NCBI GenBank assembly: GCA_951406725.2
Contig: OX597834.1
Coordinates: 25,792,001-25,856,000, forward strand
Origin: Octopus vulgaris
Lineage: Eukaryota
Reading direction: 5' to 3'
Length of the DNA stretch: 64,000 nt
The notes under the pieces were generated by a model. It did not search any database, had not been told where the DNA came from, and saw only the letters and a list, made by a program, of their open reading frames with translations. A program made the translations under genes and the position numbers. Shown piece after piece: positions 27,480-40,646 of this stretch; the first letter of the stretch is position 1, and every line of letters starts with the position of its first letter.

Positions 27480-27745
27480 GGAGGCGCAATGGCCCAGTGG
27501 TTAGGGCAGTGGACTATTGGTCGTAGGATCGCGGTTTCAATTCCCAGACCAGGCGTTGTGAGTGTTTATTGAACGAAAACACCTAAAGCTCCATGAGGCT
27601 CTGGCAAGGGGCGGAGGCGATCCCTGCTGTACTCTTTCACCACAACTTTCTCTCACTCTTTCTTCTGTTGGCATAATTTGAAGGCTAAAACAATGCGAAG
27701 CACATTGTGACCAGTGATGTGAAGCAACATCTGATAGCCTGGTTG
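27480..27745 (+). mobile_element. SINE family D copy
   Basis: Same head as 23955-24340. Confidence 0.82.
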
Positions 27746-27859
27746 TCATAATAAAACTCAAGAGCCGGGGCTGAAGTCTGCTCCGGCATCTCATCAGTTA
27801 TTAAGACAAACAAAAATGCCTGTATAGGTTATTTCCTCACTAAAACCACTATTTGTCTT

Positions 27860-27920
27860 AATAACTGATGAGATGCCAGAGCAGACTTCAGTCCTGGTAT
27901 CCGGAACTCTGAGTTTTATT
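27860..27920 (+). ncRNA. Hammerhead motif with GAAA->GGAA change, in one arm of a long inverted repeat
   Basis: aataa-CTGATGA-GATGCCAG...CTGGTATC-c-GGAA-CTCtGAG-TT-ttatt. Stem I 5 bp, stem II 8 bp. Confidence 0.55.
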
Positions 27921-28145
27921 ATGACAACCAACTGATTGTCACATATTACATTTATAGATAAATTCCTCTATTTACATAATATCGAGGTCTCATTCATTCT
28001 TTTGTTATATTATTATTATTAATATGTATGTGTGTATATATATATATAACGGGAAGGTTTACGAAAATAAACAAAAGACGAAGGCAGGTGGAGTACAAAC
28101 AAACAAATGTATTAGTATGGTGCTCAGGAATAGAAATAGAACAAG

Positions 28146-28183
28146 TCTTTTACGTTTCGAGCCTATGCTCTTTGACAGAAAGA
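28146..28183 (-). ncRNA. Degenerate minimal hammerhead-like motif in a short TA-flanked element (about 28048-28220)
   Basis: The minus strand reads tcttt-CTGTCAA-a-GAGC-atag-GCTC-GAAAC-GTA-aaaga. Confidence 0.4.
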
Positions 28184-29288
28184 TACACAGAACATAAACA
28201 AGGAGAGAAAAAATTGTGTGTATATATATATATATAAATACAGTGTACATTTAACCACTTAAGAGATGAATAATATATAGTCTATTGACTTCCAAGGAAG
28301 AATAACTGTTGTTCAACTCTGAACCAAGAAATGTCTATCCTTCGGATTATCTTTTCTCTTAAAAGACGGCAGGAGTGTAATTTGGGGGAACTTATTTTAT
28401 ACTGTGCCTGTATGGCTGTGGGGGATGAGAAGTCTGATTTGAGCCACATGGTTTGGCCTGCAATTCCATTGGACAAATGTCTTCTGTTATAGCTCTAAGC
28501 TGACCAAAGCCTTGTAAGTGGATTTGGTAAATAGCAACTGATAAAGAAACCTGTATATACGTATGTATATGTGGCTGTGTGTGAGCATATTTCGTGTAGC
28601 AGACATTTCTTGTTGGTTAGGATAACATCCAAGAAGATCGTCAAGATAAGAACCAATAGGACTGTTAAGATAAGAACTAATTAGCAGCATTCTTAATTCC
28701 AAAATCTACCACACTGCGGTATCAATTAAATAACGAGCTAACAGTAGCGTCTGTCTGCGGTTACTTAATCTGCTGGAAATAGCTGCCCAATCTCTCTCAA
28801 ATTCCTCTTACCATCTTGGAGAAAGAAAGAAAGACATATTGATTTAGTCATGTGAGTGTATATGTGTGCATGTCTGTCCTTCTGTGTGTATGTATGTGGA
28901 TGTGTGTCTACCTTTCTCTCTGTCCCTCTGTGTGTGTGCGACATGTATCTTCTGCTATAGCCTCAGGCCAACCAAAGCCTTGTTAGTGAATTTGGTAGAC
29001 AGAAACTGTAAAAAACCCATTGTATATCTATATCTGTATTTATCCATCCATCTATGTTTGTGTGTCTGCGTTTGTCTCCTCACCATTGCTTGACAACCAA
29101 TATTGATGTGTCTATGTCCCCGTAACTTAGCAGTTTGGCAAAAGACACCGATAATAAGTACTATGCTTACAAAGCATAAATTCTGAGGTCAATTTGTTTG
29201 ACTAAAGGTAGTGCTCCTGCATGGCCACAGTCAAATGGCTGAAACAAATAAAAGAGTAAAAGAGTATATATATTTATGCATGCATACA

Positions 29289-29334
<46 letters not shown>

Positions 29335-29572
29335 CACACATACATACATACACATATATATATATTGTATTTCGAGATGGGTTTTTTTTTTGTTTTTTGC
29401 CAAATAAACACACACACTATTTATTTTTTTCTTCACTCATTTATTACTGTTCTTATTTTATTATTCTAACTCATGGCAATTGTCCAGAAATCTTTTGTCA
29501 CTCATCTGTGACCTCTTCAGTGACACTTTTCATTTTCATGTGTGTTCTTGCTCGACTTACTTCATTCTCCAA

Positions 29573-29610
<38 letters not shown>

Positions 29611-29736
29611 AGTTGACGAGTTAAGAAATAATTAAGATCCACTTGAATTAGGTACTAAAGATGAGGTACTAAGTCTGTCCAGTATTGTCTGTACAGCTCG
29701 AAGTTAAGTGAATAAAAAGCAAATATGTTACAAGTG

Positions 29737-29823
29737 TGCATTACGGCTGTTTCAAGTGGCTCCATTTAATCAATCAATGCAAGTATTACAACAATTTGAA
29801 ATAACCCGCTTTCCTCAGATGCA
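29737..29823 (-). ncRNA. Type I minimal hammerhead ribozyme motif
   Basis: The minus strand reads tgcat-CTGAGGA-AAGcGG...CCaCTT-GAAA-CAGCCG-TA-atgca. Stem I is a perfect 5 bp and the site is GUA. Confidence 0.65.
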
Positions 29824-30391
29824 TAAGACCATATAGGTTTTCAACATACAGGATACTCCATTACAATTTTTTAGGAAATTTTTCATTAGAACTCGAGAAT
29901 AAAAGAATTACATGCTTATGTCTGTTATTGTAGCAGAATGATACAATATATAAATGCACATGTACATATTATGCACATGTATTATAAAAAACTATAATCC
30001 AAAAATATCCATAGTTAAACATATAAAATTGTTTAGTGACTCTTAAGAGGAGTGATGTCATCGCATAGTTGTGTTGTTGTATGTAAAACAGGCAAATAAC
30101 AAGATTAAAGTAGTATTAAAATTTTAATTGAAAAACTGAACCATAAGCTTCATGGTTTAAAAAGAGCTATTGTAATAAAAGGAAACTCATAAAAGAAAAC
30201 CATAAACCAGAAATCACTATTCCTTGGTTACTTGAGAATTCAATAGTAGATTCACCCACTTGCACCTGGTAACTAGCATACTGGCAATATCACTAAATAT
30301 GCACTGCAAAGGTGTGACCTTTAAATGAATAGAGATGTCTGTACTGAAAAGCTTTGGATATACTCTTAAAATATTAGGAAAATTATCTTAC

Positions 30392-30427
<36 letters not shown>

Positions 30428-33184
30428 GAAGGTTCAGTAAATTGTAATATAATACAATTTAATGAATCTTCAGATTTTAATATGCTAGACCACTGGTATT
30501 AAATTGATGTTAATTAAATTAATATCCAATTTATCACCCTCATTTTAAATTTATATATTTATATACATCTAATCTGCAGGGTAGTTTATAAGACTAACTT
30601 TTACTAACAAAAAATGTGCATTGTATGGTGTGAAATATGATAACTTCATGCAAATATATTTACACGATCATTTAAAAGCGATGTACCATATTTTAATGTA
30701 TATAAAGAACCCCCTAACTTTTTGGGCTTAAAATTTAGAAAAAAGGTTTTGTAAGAGATTAGGATACTATTCATGTATAAGAAACTCCAATATGTCTTTA
30801 ACCAAATTTTTAACAAAAAAGGGTTCCTTATACACATTAAAGTATGCTACTTCTTAGTTTTTGTTAAAGCCTGTCTCTAGGTGAATGCACTACGGTGTTC
30901 ACTGCTATGTCTGCTGTGTAATTGAACAGGTGGTCTGAGTTTGGTATTTTGGGAAAACAGCCAGACTAGGAGAAGGATTACGTTGAACATAAAATCTCAC
31001 TGTTAATGTGTGTATGTGAGGAGATGAAGGTTAAGAGAGTCAACTCCAATTGTAAATAAGGTTGGAGGAGGATTTGTGGCCTGCCAACCCTATTTATCTT
31101 TAAGAAAGCCTAAAGATGCAATGAATGGGTTGTGTGTGAGGCTCTTCAACCCTCAGCTATGAGCATGGGGATACTCATCCATTGATGACACATTGATGAA
31201 TGTTGTCCTCATCAATATTGGAAGACACTTGCTCAATGTGTCCAAGATATTGTACCACAGGGTTGAATTCAGAACCTTGTGATTGCGCAACAAACCCCTT
31301 AACTGCCCAATAATACATCATCATCATCATCGTTTAACGTCTGTTTTCCATGCTGGCATGGGTTGGACGGTTTGACTGGAGACTAGCAATCCAGGAGGCC
31401 GCACCAGGCTCCAATCTGATATGGCAATGTGTCTGTAGCTGGATGCCCTTCCTAATGCCAACCACTCTGAGAGTGTAGTGGGTGCTTTTTACATGCCACC
31501 GGCATGGGAGCTAGTCAGGTGGTACTGGCATCAGCCACATTCATATGGTGCTTATTACATGTTACCAGCACAGGAGCCAGTCAGGGCAGCAGGGCTGCTA
31601 TCGACCATGTTCGGATGGTGCTTTTTACGTGCCACCTGCACGTGGAGCCAGTCAGGCAGCACTGGCAACGACCCATGCATGAATGGTGCTTATTGTGTGC
31701 CACCAGCATGGGAAGCCAGTTAAGAAACTCTGGCATCAGCCACAACAACGTAATTTCCTTGCAACGTTTTGATACTAAATCACTCCTCCTGTTTTAAAAT
31801 GTTGGCACATCAGTCAAAAAAGTATGTGGCGTTTAAATTGGGCTTCATTAAATGTCTTTATATTTAGATATTATCTCTATAACTACCACAGTTATCCAAT
31901 CTCTTTGCAATGAGGAATACATTCCAGAAGATTTAGTCTGATTTTTGGACCATATACAGTTCTATCATTGCTTTACTAAAATGAACTTAAACTAGCATCA
32001 TTTAATCTTAATGGCAAACATCATCTTCTAATATTTTGTACTAAATCACTGGTGTTCCTTAAAAGTTATTTGACATTTCATTTCTATTTTAATTCACAGA
32101 CATGACAGTGTAAAACTGTGTGATATCTAAATTCCTGTCCATTCTGACAATTCCTTAGAAGAAACTTCCTTTACAAATGTTTTTATAATCAGGCTTCAGT
32201 CTGATGTTATTGTTACCTTAGTTTTTGCTGTTTTTATTCGTTTTTCTTTAATATCTCTTTATCTTACCTGGACAATTATGTCAACATTATTGCTGTCAAC
32301 TACAATGTCAGAATTGTTTTCATTGCTAAGTGCATTTTTTCCCTGCTCCTTGTCTGAGTGAACACAGCTTTGTATCACAGTTACTTTATTATTCATTGTT
32401 CAACGGAGAATCGAGGGTTTCCTTAAGAACATTCATGGTTCATAAAAAATGTTGAAGGTTGCCAAAAATATACACTGGGAAGCACACATACAAACGTTTC
32501 TATAATTAAGCTTTCTTCCATTGGGTTTTCTTACCTGAGTTAATGCTGTTTACATTTTGTTTTGCTTTAGTATGTATCCATCTTAGTATGATTACATCAA
32601 CGTTATTGCTTTTTACTTAAGGTTAACCAGGATGTTCAAGGTCAATGATAATGTTCAGGGTTAGCAAAAATAGTTAAGGTGAACAAAAATGTAGGGGCTT
32701 AAATGACGGCTGAGAATGCCCTGTCAATGTCTACAGTTCATAGTGTTGCTATTCTGTGGAACATGTCTATGTCTATCTTAGAAGTAATTAATCAGTGTCT
32801 TTATGGAATTAGCTATATATCAATCACTCCAGTCACAAAGAAATTGGTAGACACATTCCTGGGCTGCTGTACAGGTTTTTAGTTCCACAGAGTCATATAA
32901 TTCTACAGTTTTTCAGGTCATGTCTACACAACATTATTGCTATTTCATAATGCCATGTTGGTAATTAATGCAGTTAATGTAATTAAGGTGGTGATCTGGC
33001 AGAATCATTATCACGCTGGGCAAAATGCTCAGCAGCATTTCATTCGTCTTTACGTCCTGAGTTCAAATTCTGCTGAGTTCGGCATTGCCTTTCATTCTTT
33101 TGAAGGTCAATAAAATAAGTTCCACTTGAGGTTTGGGGAGGGTTTGGTAAATTAAATATCAATTTCAGTATTTATGCATAATAA

Positions 33185-33636
33185 ATGTCTGTGAATATAT
33201 TCCTTCTTAACCAGGACTGGGCAGCCAGAGACAATATGATTTATTGTTTCTTCTCCATCACCACATATTTTGCAGTTGCCTGTATTTCTTTTCATTACAA
33301 GATTTTGCTGATTTCTAGTGGGAAGGCTTTGATCATGTGCTGTAATTAAAAATCCTTCAGTCTCTGCTTTAAGTCCTGAACTTCTCAACCATTGTTGGGA
33401 TTTTGCTTTGACTATTTCTTTTCTCTTTAGTTTAACCCAATATTTGCCATGAGGGAGCTTTTCTTGTCATCGTTTTATCATGATATGTTACTGTTCCAGT
33501 TTTAGTTTGGATTTCAGTTGTTTTACAGCTTTTGTTGTTTCTTCTTTTTCTTCATAGTTGTTAGGTACTATGACTTCCTTTTTGTATCTGTCAGCTTCCT
33601 TAAAGACAGAAAACAGTTTTTTTTTTATTTTGTTCG
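33185..33636 (-). mobile_element. Fragment of an RLE-type non-LTR retrotransposon (R4/Dong-like)
   Basis: GLKAETEGFLITAHDQSLPTRN...CKICGDGEETINHIVSGCPVL..KEYIHRH is the CCHC knuckle region that precedes the restriction-like endonuclease. It abuts a (TAA)n tract at 33640-33667. Confidence 0.8.
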
Positions 33637-35167
33637 TGTTTATTATTATTATTATTATTATTATTATTTGAAACAGAATCTCACATAAAAAATTACTCTT
33701 CCAAATCCTTACTTGTTCAACTTGCCGCAAACCACCAAGTGCTCTAAACATATGTTCACCTTGCCATATGTACAATGATGTCTACCTGATGTAGTATAAT
33801 ACTGTTATTTACCAAAAGATCAAGTTCACCCATACACTGCACTGCATTCATGTGCAGGCTTCACCAGCTCGTTGGGGCATTGTTTTAAAAGTTCAGTTCC
33901 TTTTTTGACAGATATTGTATTGGTATGTATGTATGTGTGTATTTGTGTATACAAATGTGATGTGTGTGTACATATGTGATATATGTGTATACATATACAT
34001 ATATGTCATGCTTATCATTATTTAACATCTTACTGTCCAAACCTGCATAAATGCAATGTATTGAGGTAGATTTCCTGCACCTGGATGCCCTTCCTGTTGT
34101 CAACCCTCACTTGTTTCCAAATAAGGTAATATTTCCCAATGACCAGACATGTTTTCACAGAATATTAGAAATAAATGACACTACTTGTATGACCATGGCA
34201 ATTGTTTACAACTATCATACAAAATCAACCAAAGACACAGACACATGGATAATATATATGTATATTTATATATACACACACACGATGAACTTCTTGTACT
34301 ACTTGTTAGTACCCTTAATTATTAATTGATAATTTTTTACCATTATGGGGTTTTTACACATGCTAAGCCACTGATATTATTATAAACATGAGAGAAAGAA
34401 AATGAAATTGACAAAACCTTTTATTCGCTACAATCATTTCAATCCTGTTGCTTGTACAGTGTCTCATTTGTGAGGTATTGGTGCATGATGGGTTGAGACG
34501 ATTGTAGGGAACAAAGAGTCTTGTGAATTACATTTTCCTTCTCTTATAGTTTTATAAACTCTACTGACACAAAGGAATTTCTTAAGTAAATCCATCAAGA
34601 CGATAGTTAACATCAGGTAGCCAAATACTGTGAACAGGCTTTAAACAGCACACTACAAGGTGTATACCTGATTATAAAATCACACACACACACACATACG
34701 TGTGAGACCTCCCTATAGACTATATTTCTGAATTCATACGTCCCAGTGTGTGTCTATAACACTTACTGACTACTCTGTTGACTTCATGATAAATGTAGTT
34801 TTATAATTAATTGCAGCATCTTACACAAGTGGCAGCAGTACTGCCACTACCTCATTTGCATAAGATGAACGCATTCTACTTAATTATAATTAGATTATGT
34901 CAGAAGTGAGAAAGAGAGATGATATACAGTTTAATATATCATTGCTGCTTAGTGTTGGTTTATGCTCAGAGGAAAGATAGAGGTAACCTTCACAGGGTTT
35001 TCAACATAGAGGATATTCACATTATACACTTGAATGTGTAAATGTTTATATATGTGAAGTCTCTCTCTCTCTCTCTCTCATATGTGTATATATATATATA
35101 TCTCATACTGTGTACAACTCTGAGGGTGTCTGAGTGTAGCGTTGTGGGTGTATATATATATATATCA

Positions 35168-35465
35168 CATGACCGACCAGGCTATCAGATGTTGCTACAC
35201 ATTGCTGGTCACAATGTGCTTCGCATTGTTTTAGCCTTCAAATGACGCCACCCCACTGGCTAAGCAAGCAGGCCAACAGAAGAAAGAGTGAGAGAAAGTT
35301 GGAGCGAAAGAGTACAACAGGGGTCGCCAGCAACCCCTGCCGGAGCCTTGTGGAGCATTAGGTGTTTTCGCTCAATAAACACACGCATTGCCCGGTCTGG
35401 GAATTGAAACCGCGATCCTCCGACCGCGAGTCCGCTGCCCTAACCACTGGGCCATTGCGCCTCCA
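35168..35465 (-). mobile_element. SINE family D copy
   Basis: Near-identical to 46735-47040. Confidence 0.85.
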
Positions 35466-36271
35466 CATATATATATATATTGATTTGTGTGTACATCTCT
35501 GAGAGGTATATATATGTGTATGTAGTAAGTGTATCTGTATGTGTGTCAGGCGCACACACACAATCTTAATTTATGAGTGGTATATTAAAATATATTTCCA
35601 CTAAGGACTCACAATACCTGGTATAAAACTCAATGTATTGAGTAGAGGAGTGGGTGTATATATTTATTATACCAAAACTTGACAGTCTGCTTTGAGCACC
35701 TTACCACCCCCACCTCTAGGTAGGCTGTTCATGACCTTTGTGAACAGCTCAACCCAGTTTGGAACTCAGAGTAGACTGTCAACATTATAACTTTATATAA
35801 ATGTGTGTGTATGTCCTCAATAGACCCAGGTTGTCACCTGTTTGTGAGTAGTATTTGGTGATGTGTACTCTGCTTTTGCTAATTGTTCTAAGTGCCAGTG
35901 GAATTCTGCTTTCGACATGGCATATAGCCCCTCATAACTTTTCTTATTTTATGAAATTTTCAGAAACATTTTGCAAATTTATGTTCTACACATGAGAATT
36001 CATACAATTATCGAAAAAAAATTCTTTTAAAATCTTCTTGGTTTAAAAAAAAAAAATTATTTTAATTAAAATTTTTTTTCCTTTTTAAATCAGTTTCAAA
36101 TGCGTAATTATTAAATTATCTAAATCCATAGATTTCTCAACCACATGGTTCTGGGTTCAATCCCACTGCATGGCACCTTAGGCAAGTGTCTTCTACTATA
36201 GCCTCAGGCAGACCAAACTCTTCTGAGTGGATTTTGTTGACAGAAACTGAAAGAAGCTCATCGTGTATATA

Positions 36272-36326
<55 letters not shown>

Positions 36327-37682
36327 TTGAGTCTATGTTTGTTCCCCCCATCATCTGAATTTTTTGCTTAAATCCCAACAACAGACCATTAAAAGCAAGG
36401 TATTGAAAAACAATGTCAGAGTGACAAAGAAATGAAGAAGCTATTAGGTGGTCATGAGATGTGCTAAAAATAACAGTTACATAAGTCTTAAATCACACAA
36501 AGTAATTTTTCTGTTTGTTTTTTTTTTCCATAATTGTATGAATTTTGTGTTGAACACATATTTGCAAAAGTTTTCTGAAAAATTCCACAAAATAGAAGGT
36601 ACAAGAGTTTTTTCGGGGTGTTCAAAGCAGAATCCCATCAAGGTGCCTATGTAGTTGCAAGCAAACATAAGCACTTTGTCAGTTCTACACCTCTTTCACT
36701 CAGCAAAACATTCATGATTTGAGTGGCAGAGGAAGAGTTGGCTGCACCAGCACTTAGCTGATTCCATGGCCAACACCACAATGCATTCCCTGGTCCAAAA
36801 ATCAAACTCAAGCTCCTAGGATTCTGAGTGCAACCCTCTAACCAGCAGGCCACACACACAAACACACACATTACTGGCGTCTCACCTTATTGAGAAGCCA
36901 GGGGATGCCTGTGCGGGTGCTTGGCTGTTCCAATGCCTTAGCCTCATCATCACCCATGGTAATGTTACAAGCATGTTGGCATACTTCAGTAGGTTCCATT
37001 GAACCCTGTGGTGCATGACCAATTGAAGCACTTAGTGTTGAAATGATGTTTTTCCTTTCTTCCTTCCTCTTTTCCCTCTTGTTTTTCTTCTTTTTTCTTT
37101 TTTTCTTTCTTTCTTCCTCTTTCCCCTCTAGTTTTTCTTTCTTTCTTCAACTATGTTTGTGTCTTCTTTGGTTTGGGATTTCTATTTTAATGTGGTTTTT
37201 TGTATTATATATGTGTCTTATACATACACATTATATACGTAATTATTAATTTATCTAAATCCAGAAAAAAGAAACAGTTAACATAGATTTCCCAACCACT
37301 GGTTCTGGGTTCAATCCCACTGCATGGCACCTTTGGCAAGTGTCTTCTAATATTGGTTCAGGTCGACCAAACTCTTCTGAGTGGAGTTTCTTGACAGAAA
37401 CTGAAAGAAGCTATTTGTGTGTGTGTTTGAGTCTGTTTGTCCCCCCATCATCACTTGACAACTGGTGTCAGTGTGTTTGCATCCCTGTAACTAAGTGGTT
37501 CGGCAAATAAGACCGATAGAATAAGTACCAGGCTTTAAAAAATAAGTACTGGCCTCAATCCATTGGACTAAAAAAAAATTCAAGGCAGTGCTCCAGCATG
37601 GCCCACATTATATGCATCATTAATTTTTATATTTTTTCTTTTCTGTATTTTTGTCAATAACATTTATTGTCTACACTATATA

Positions 37683-37746
<64 letters not shown>

Positions 37747-37932
37747 GTCAATTCAATGAACAAACAATTCAAAAAATGAATAAAAAAATGACAAAAGAAA
37801 AAAGTAAAAGATGAGCACATGCACAAGAATTATACTAGCTTCACTATGTTTCAAGCATAGCTCTTTGCCAGAAAGAAGAAAAGGAAAAGTCCACACACAC
37901 ACACCTATGTATAGTTACAAAAATCATCATTA

Positions 37933-37933
<1 letters not shown>

Positions 37934-37979
<46 letters not shown>

Positions 37980-38132
37980 TATATATATATGTACACATAT
38001 ACATATATATATATATATATATACATAGATACATACACACACATATATATACATATACACACACACACACACACACACATATAGTGTGTGTGTATGTGTT
38101 TTTAAACGTGCTTGTATTTTCACATAAGTATC

Positions 38133-38195
<63 letters not shown>

Positions 38196-38425
38196 GTATA
38201 TATATGTATGTATGTGTATATATATATGTATGTATGTGTATATATATATGTATGTATGTGTATATATATATGTATGTATGTGTATATATATATGTATGTA
38301 TGTGTATATATATATGTATGTATGTGTATATATATATGTATGTATGTGTATATATATGTATGTATGTGTATATATATGTATGTATGTGTATATATATGTG
38401 TGTGTGTGTGTGTGTATATGTGTGT
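37934..38425. repeat. Compound (TA)/(CA)/(TG) microsatellite with 20-22 bp period
   Basis: tgtatgtatgtgtatatatata repeated. Confidence 0.9.
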
Positions 38426-38935
38426 GTCTTTAAACATACTTACACACACACACGTATGCACAAGTGTGTTTGTGTGTACATTAACTTTTACAATTCATAG
38501 ATATTTTCTTCTCTCTGTATTTCCATTTCTTCCCTCATGGCATACTGGCAAATCACTGCTGCCTTCTTCTTCTCCTCTCTTCTTTAGCAACACTATCTCC
38601 CGCAAGGACAAGCCCACCGCCCACAACCATACATACCATGTGTACAACCTGTCTGCATATTTCTCTCATACTATCATAGAGGGTTTTTCTTTATTTTTAT
38701 TTTTCTTCCGATGTTTTTTATGCATTTCGCCACCCTCTCCCACCCGCTGCCCACCTGTGAAAAGAAACTACAACAACAGCAGCAACAACACTACAACAGT
38801 TAACAACAGTAAAACAGAAGAGTTAGTATCATCGTCTATCAGAATTGATAGAGGGAAACTTGTGTGACGACTTTGTATTTCTTTTCATTCTGCATATCTG
38901 TATGTTTCTTTCATCCTTCTGTCTGTGTGCGTGTG

Positions 38936-38989
<54 letters not shown>

Positions 38990-39273
38990 AATATTTAAGT
39001 AGGTGAATGAATTATCCTATGTTTATCGTTAGCATGGAATGAAAATATGCTGTCTTCGAAACATGTGTCGAGAGTAAAGGAATTTTGTTAACATCTTCGT
39101 TCAACTCCATTCTATCATTTATTCATATATATATATATATATATTATATAGTGATAGTTAATGAAATACGTTCAAATGTATGTATACTTTATATATAGAT
39201 ATATATATATATTTATTTTATAGTAGGAGCTTCTACAGGACTAGAACTGTTTCATTCAGATGAATCTTCAGGA

Positions 39274-39324
39274 AGCTTCCTGAAGATTTCATCTGAATGA
39301 AACAGTTCTAGTCCTGTAGAAGCT
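39274..39324 (+). ncRNA. Type I hammerhead ribozyme motif (intact core), mirrored on the - strand
   Basis: agcttc-CTGAAGA(39280-39286)-tTTCAtcTGAAt-GAAA(39299-39302)-CAGttctagtcCTG-TA-gaagct. Stem I is 6 bp and the predicted GUA cleavage is after 39318. Confidence 0.75.
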
Positions 39325-39406
39325 CCTTCTATAAAATAAATTACTTTACTCTGCTATGTATTGAGTACCTTATTTACTGTGGTTAACCCCGACTCAACCC
39401 GGGACC

Positions 39407-39441
<35 letters not shown>

Positions 39442-40646
39442 TCATCATCATCGTTTAATGTCTGCTTTCCATGCTAGCATGGGTTGGACGATTTGATTGA
39501 GGACTGGTGAACCAGATGGCTGCACCAGGTTCTAATCTGATCTGGCGGAGTTTCTACAGCTGGATACCCTTCCTAATGCCAATCACTCTAAGAGTGTAGT
39601 GGGTGCTTAAACGTGCCTCTGGCACAAAGCCCAGTCAGGCAGTACTGGCATTGGCCACACTCAAATGGTGTTTTTTACATACCACCTGCACAGGAGCCAG
39701 TCCAGCGGCACTGGCAACGACCTCAGTTGAATGTTTTTTCACGTGTCCCCGGCACAAGTGCTGGTAAGGCGATGCTGGTAATGATCACACTTGAATGGTG
39801 CTGTTTACGTGCCACTGGCACAGAAGCCAGTCAGCTACTCTGGCAACGATCACACTTGGATGGTGCTCTTAGTGCTCCACTGGCATGGATGCCACTCATC
39901 AAATTTGATTTCAATTTCACTTGCCTCAACAGGTCTTTGCAAGCAGTGTCCAATGAAGGAAAGGTATGCATAAGTGGTCTGGTTACACCCCTGGCATAGG
40001 CCATGGGTTATGGTCTCACTTGGCTTTGTATTTCTATGCGCGTGTGGGTGTGTAATAAAGATATATGTATGTATGTATATCTGTATGTACATGTATTCAT
40101 CTATCTATCTCTATCTCTCTCTCTCTCTATATATATATATACATATTGTGTGTGTATACACACAAACACACATGCACATATATATATACCACATACTCAT
40201 ATAGATATTTCATACATACACATATATATACACACACATACATATACATACACTAACTCACACAAAATGTGCCTGTGTTATATTTTAAATATAACTATGC
40301 CCAGTTTAATCTATTTTGTGAATGTGTTTTCATTTTTCCATTTAGAGTCTTGTAGTTAGGAACACTAAAGTTCTCAAGTACGTTGCCATCAATGTTTCCT
40401 CATGATGAGTGTCTTTGCCCCATCACCAGGATAGGAACAATTGTTTACTTCCTGGTTGCGTCTTTTATAGCGAACGGCTTTAGTTCATATGGACTTTTAC
40501 CATGAGAATTTAATTGATAGTGTTGCATGTCACCAGCTGCATGTTTATCCAGTGTGTATATTGTGTATATGTTGTGTGTATTTATGTGTTATTTTAGCTT
40601 TGTATAGTGATATAAATACTACTTCTGTAATTAATTTTCTATTTTT

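Noticed and set aside
38500-38870. Possible promoter or exon island
   Set aside because: Unique-looking, but no convincing donor or coding signal.
40402-40450. Possible hammerhead (ATGATGA...GGAACAATTGTT)
   Set aside because: Both core boxes are mutated and no stem I is visible; not distinguishable from chance.
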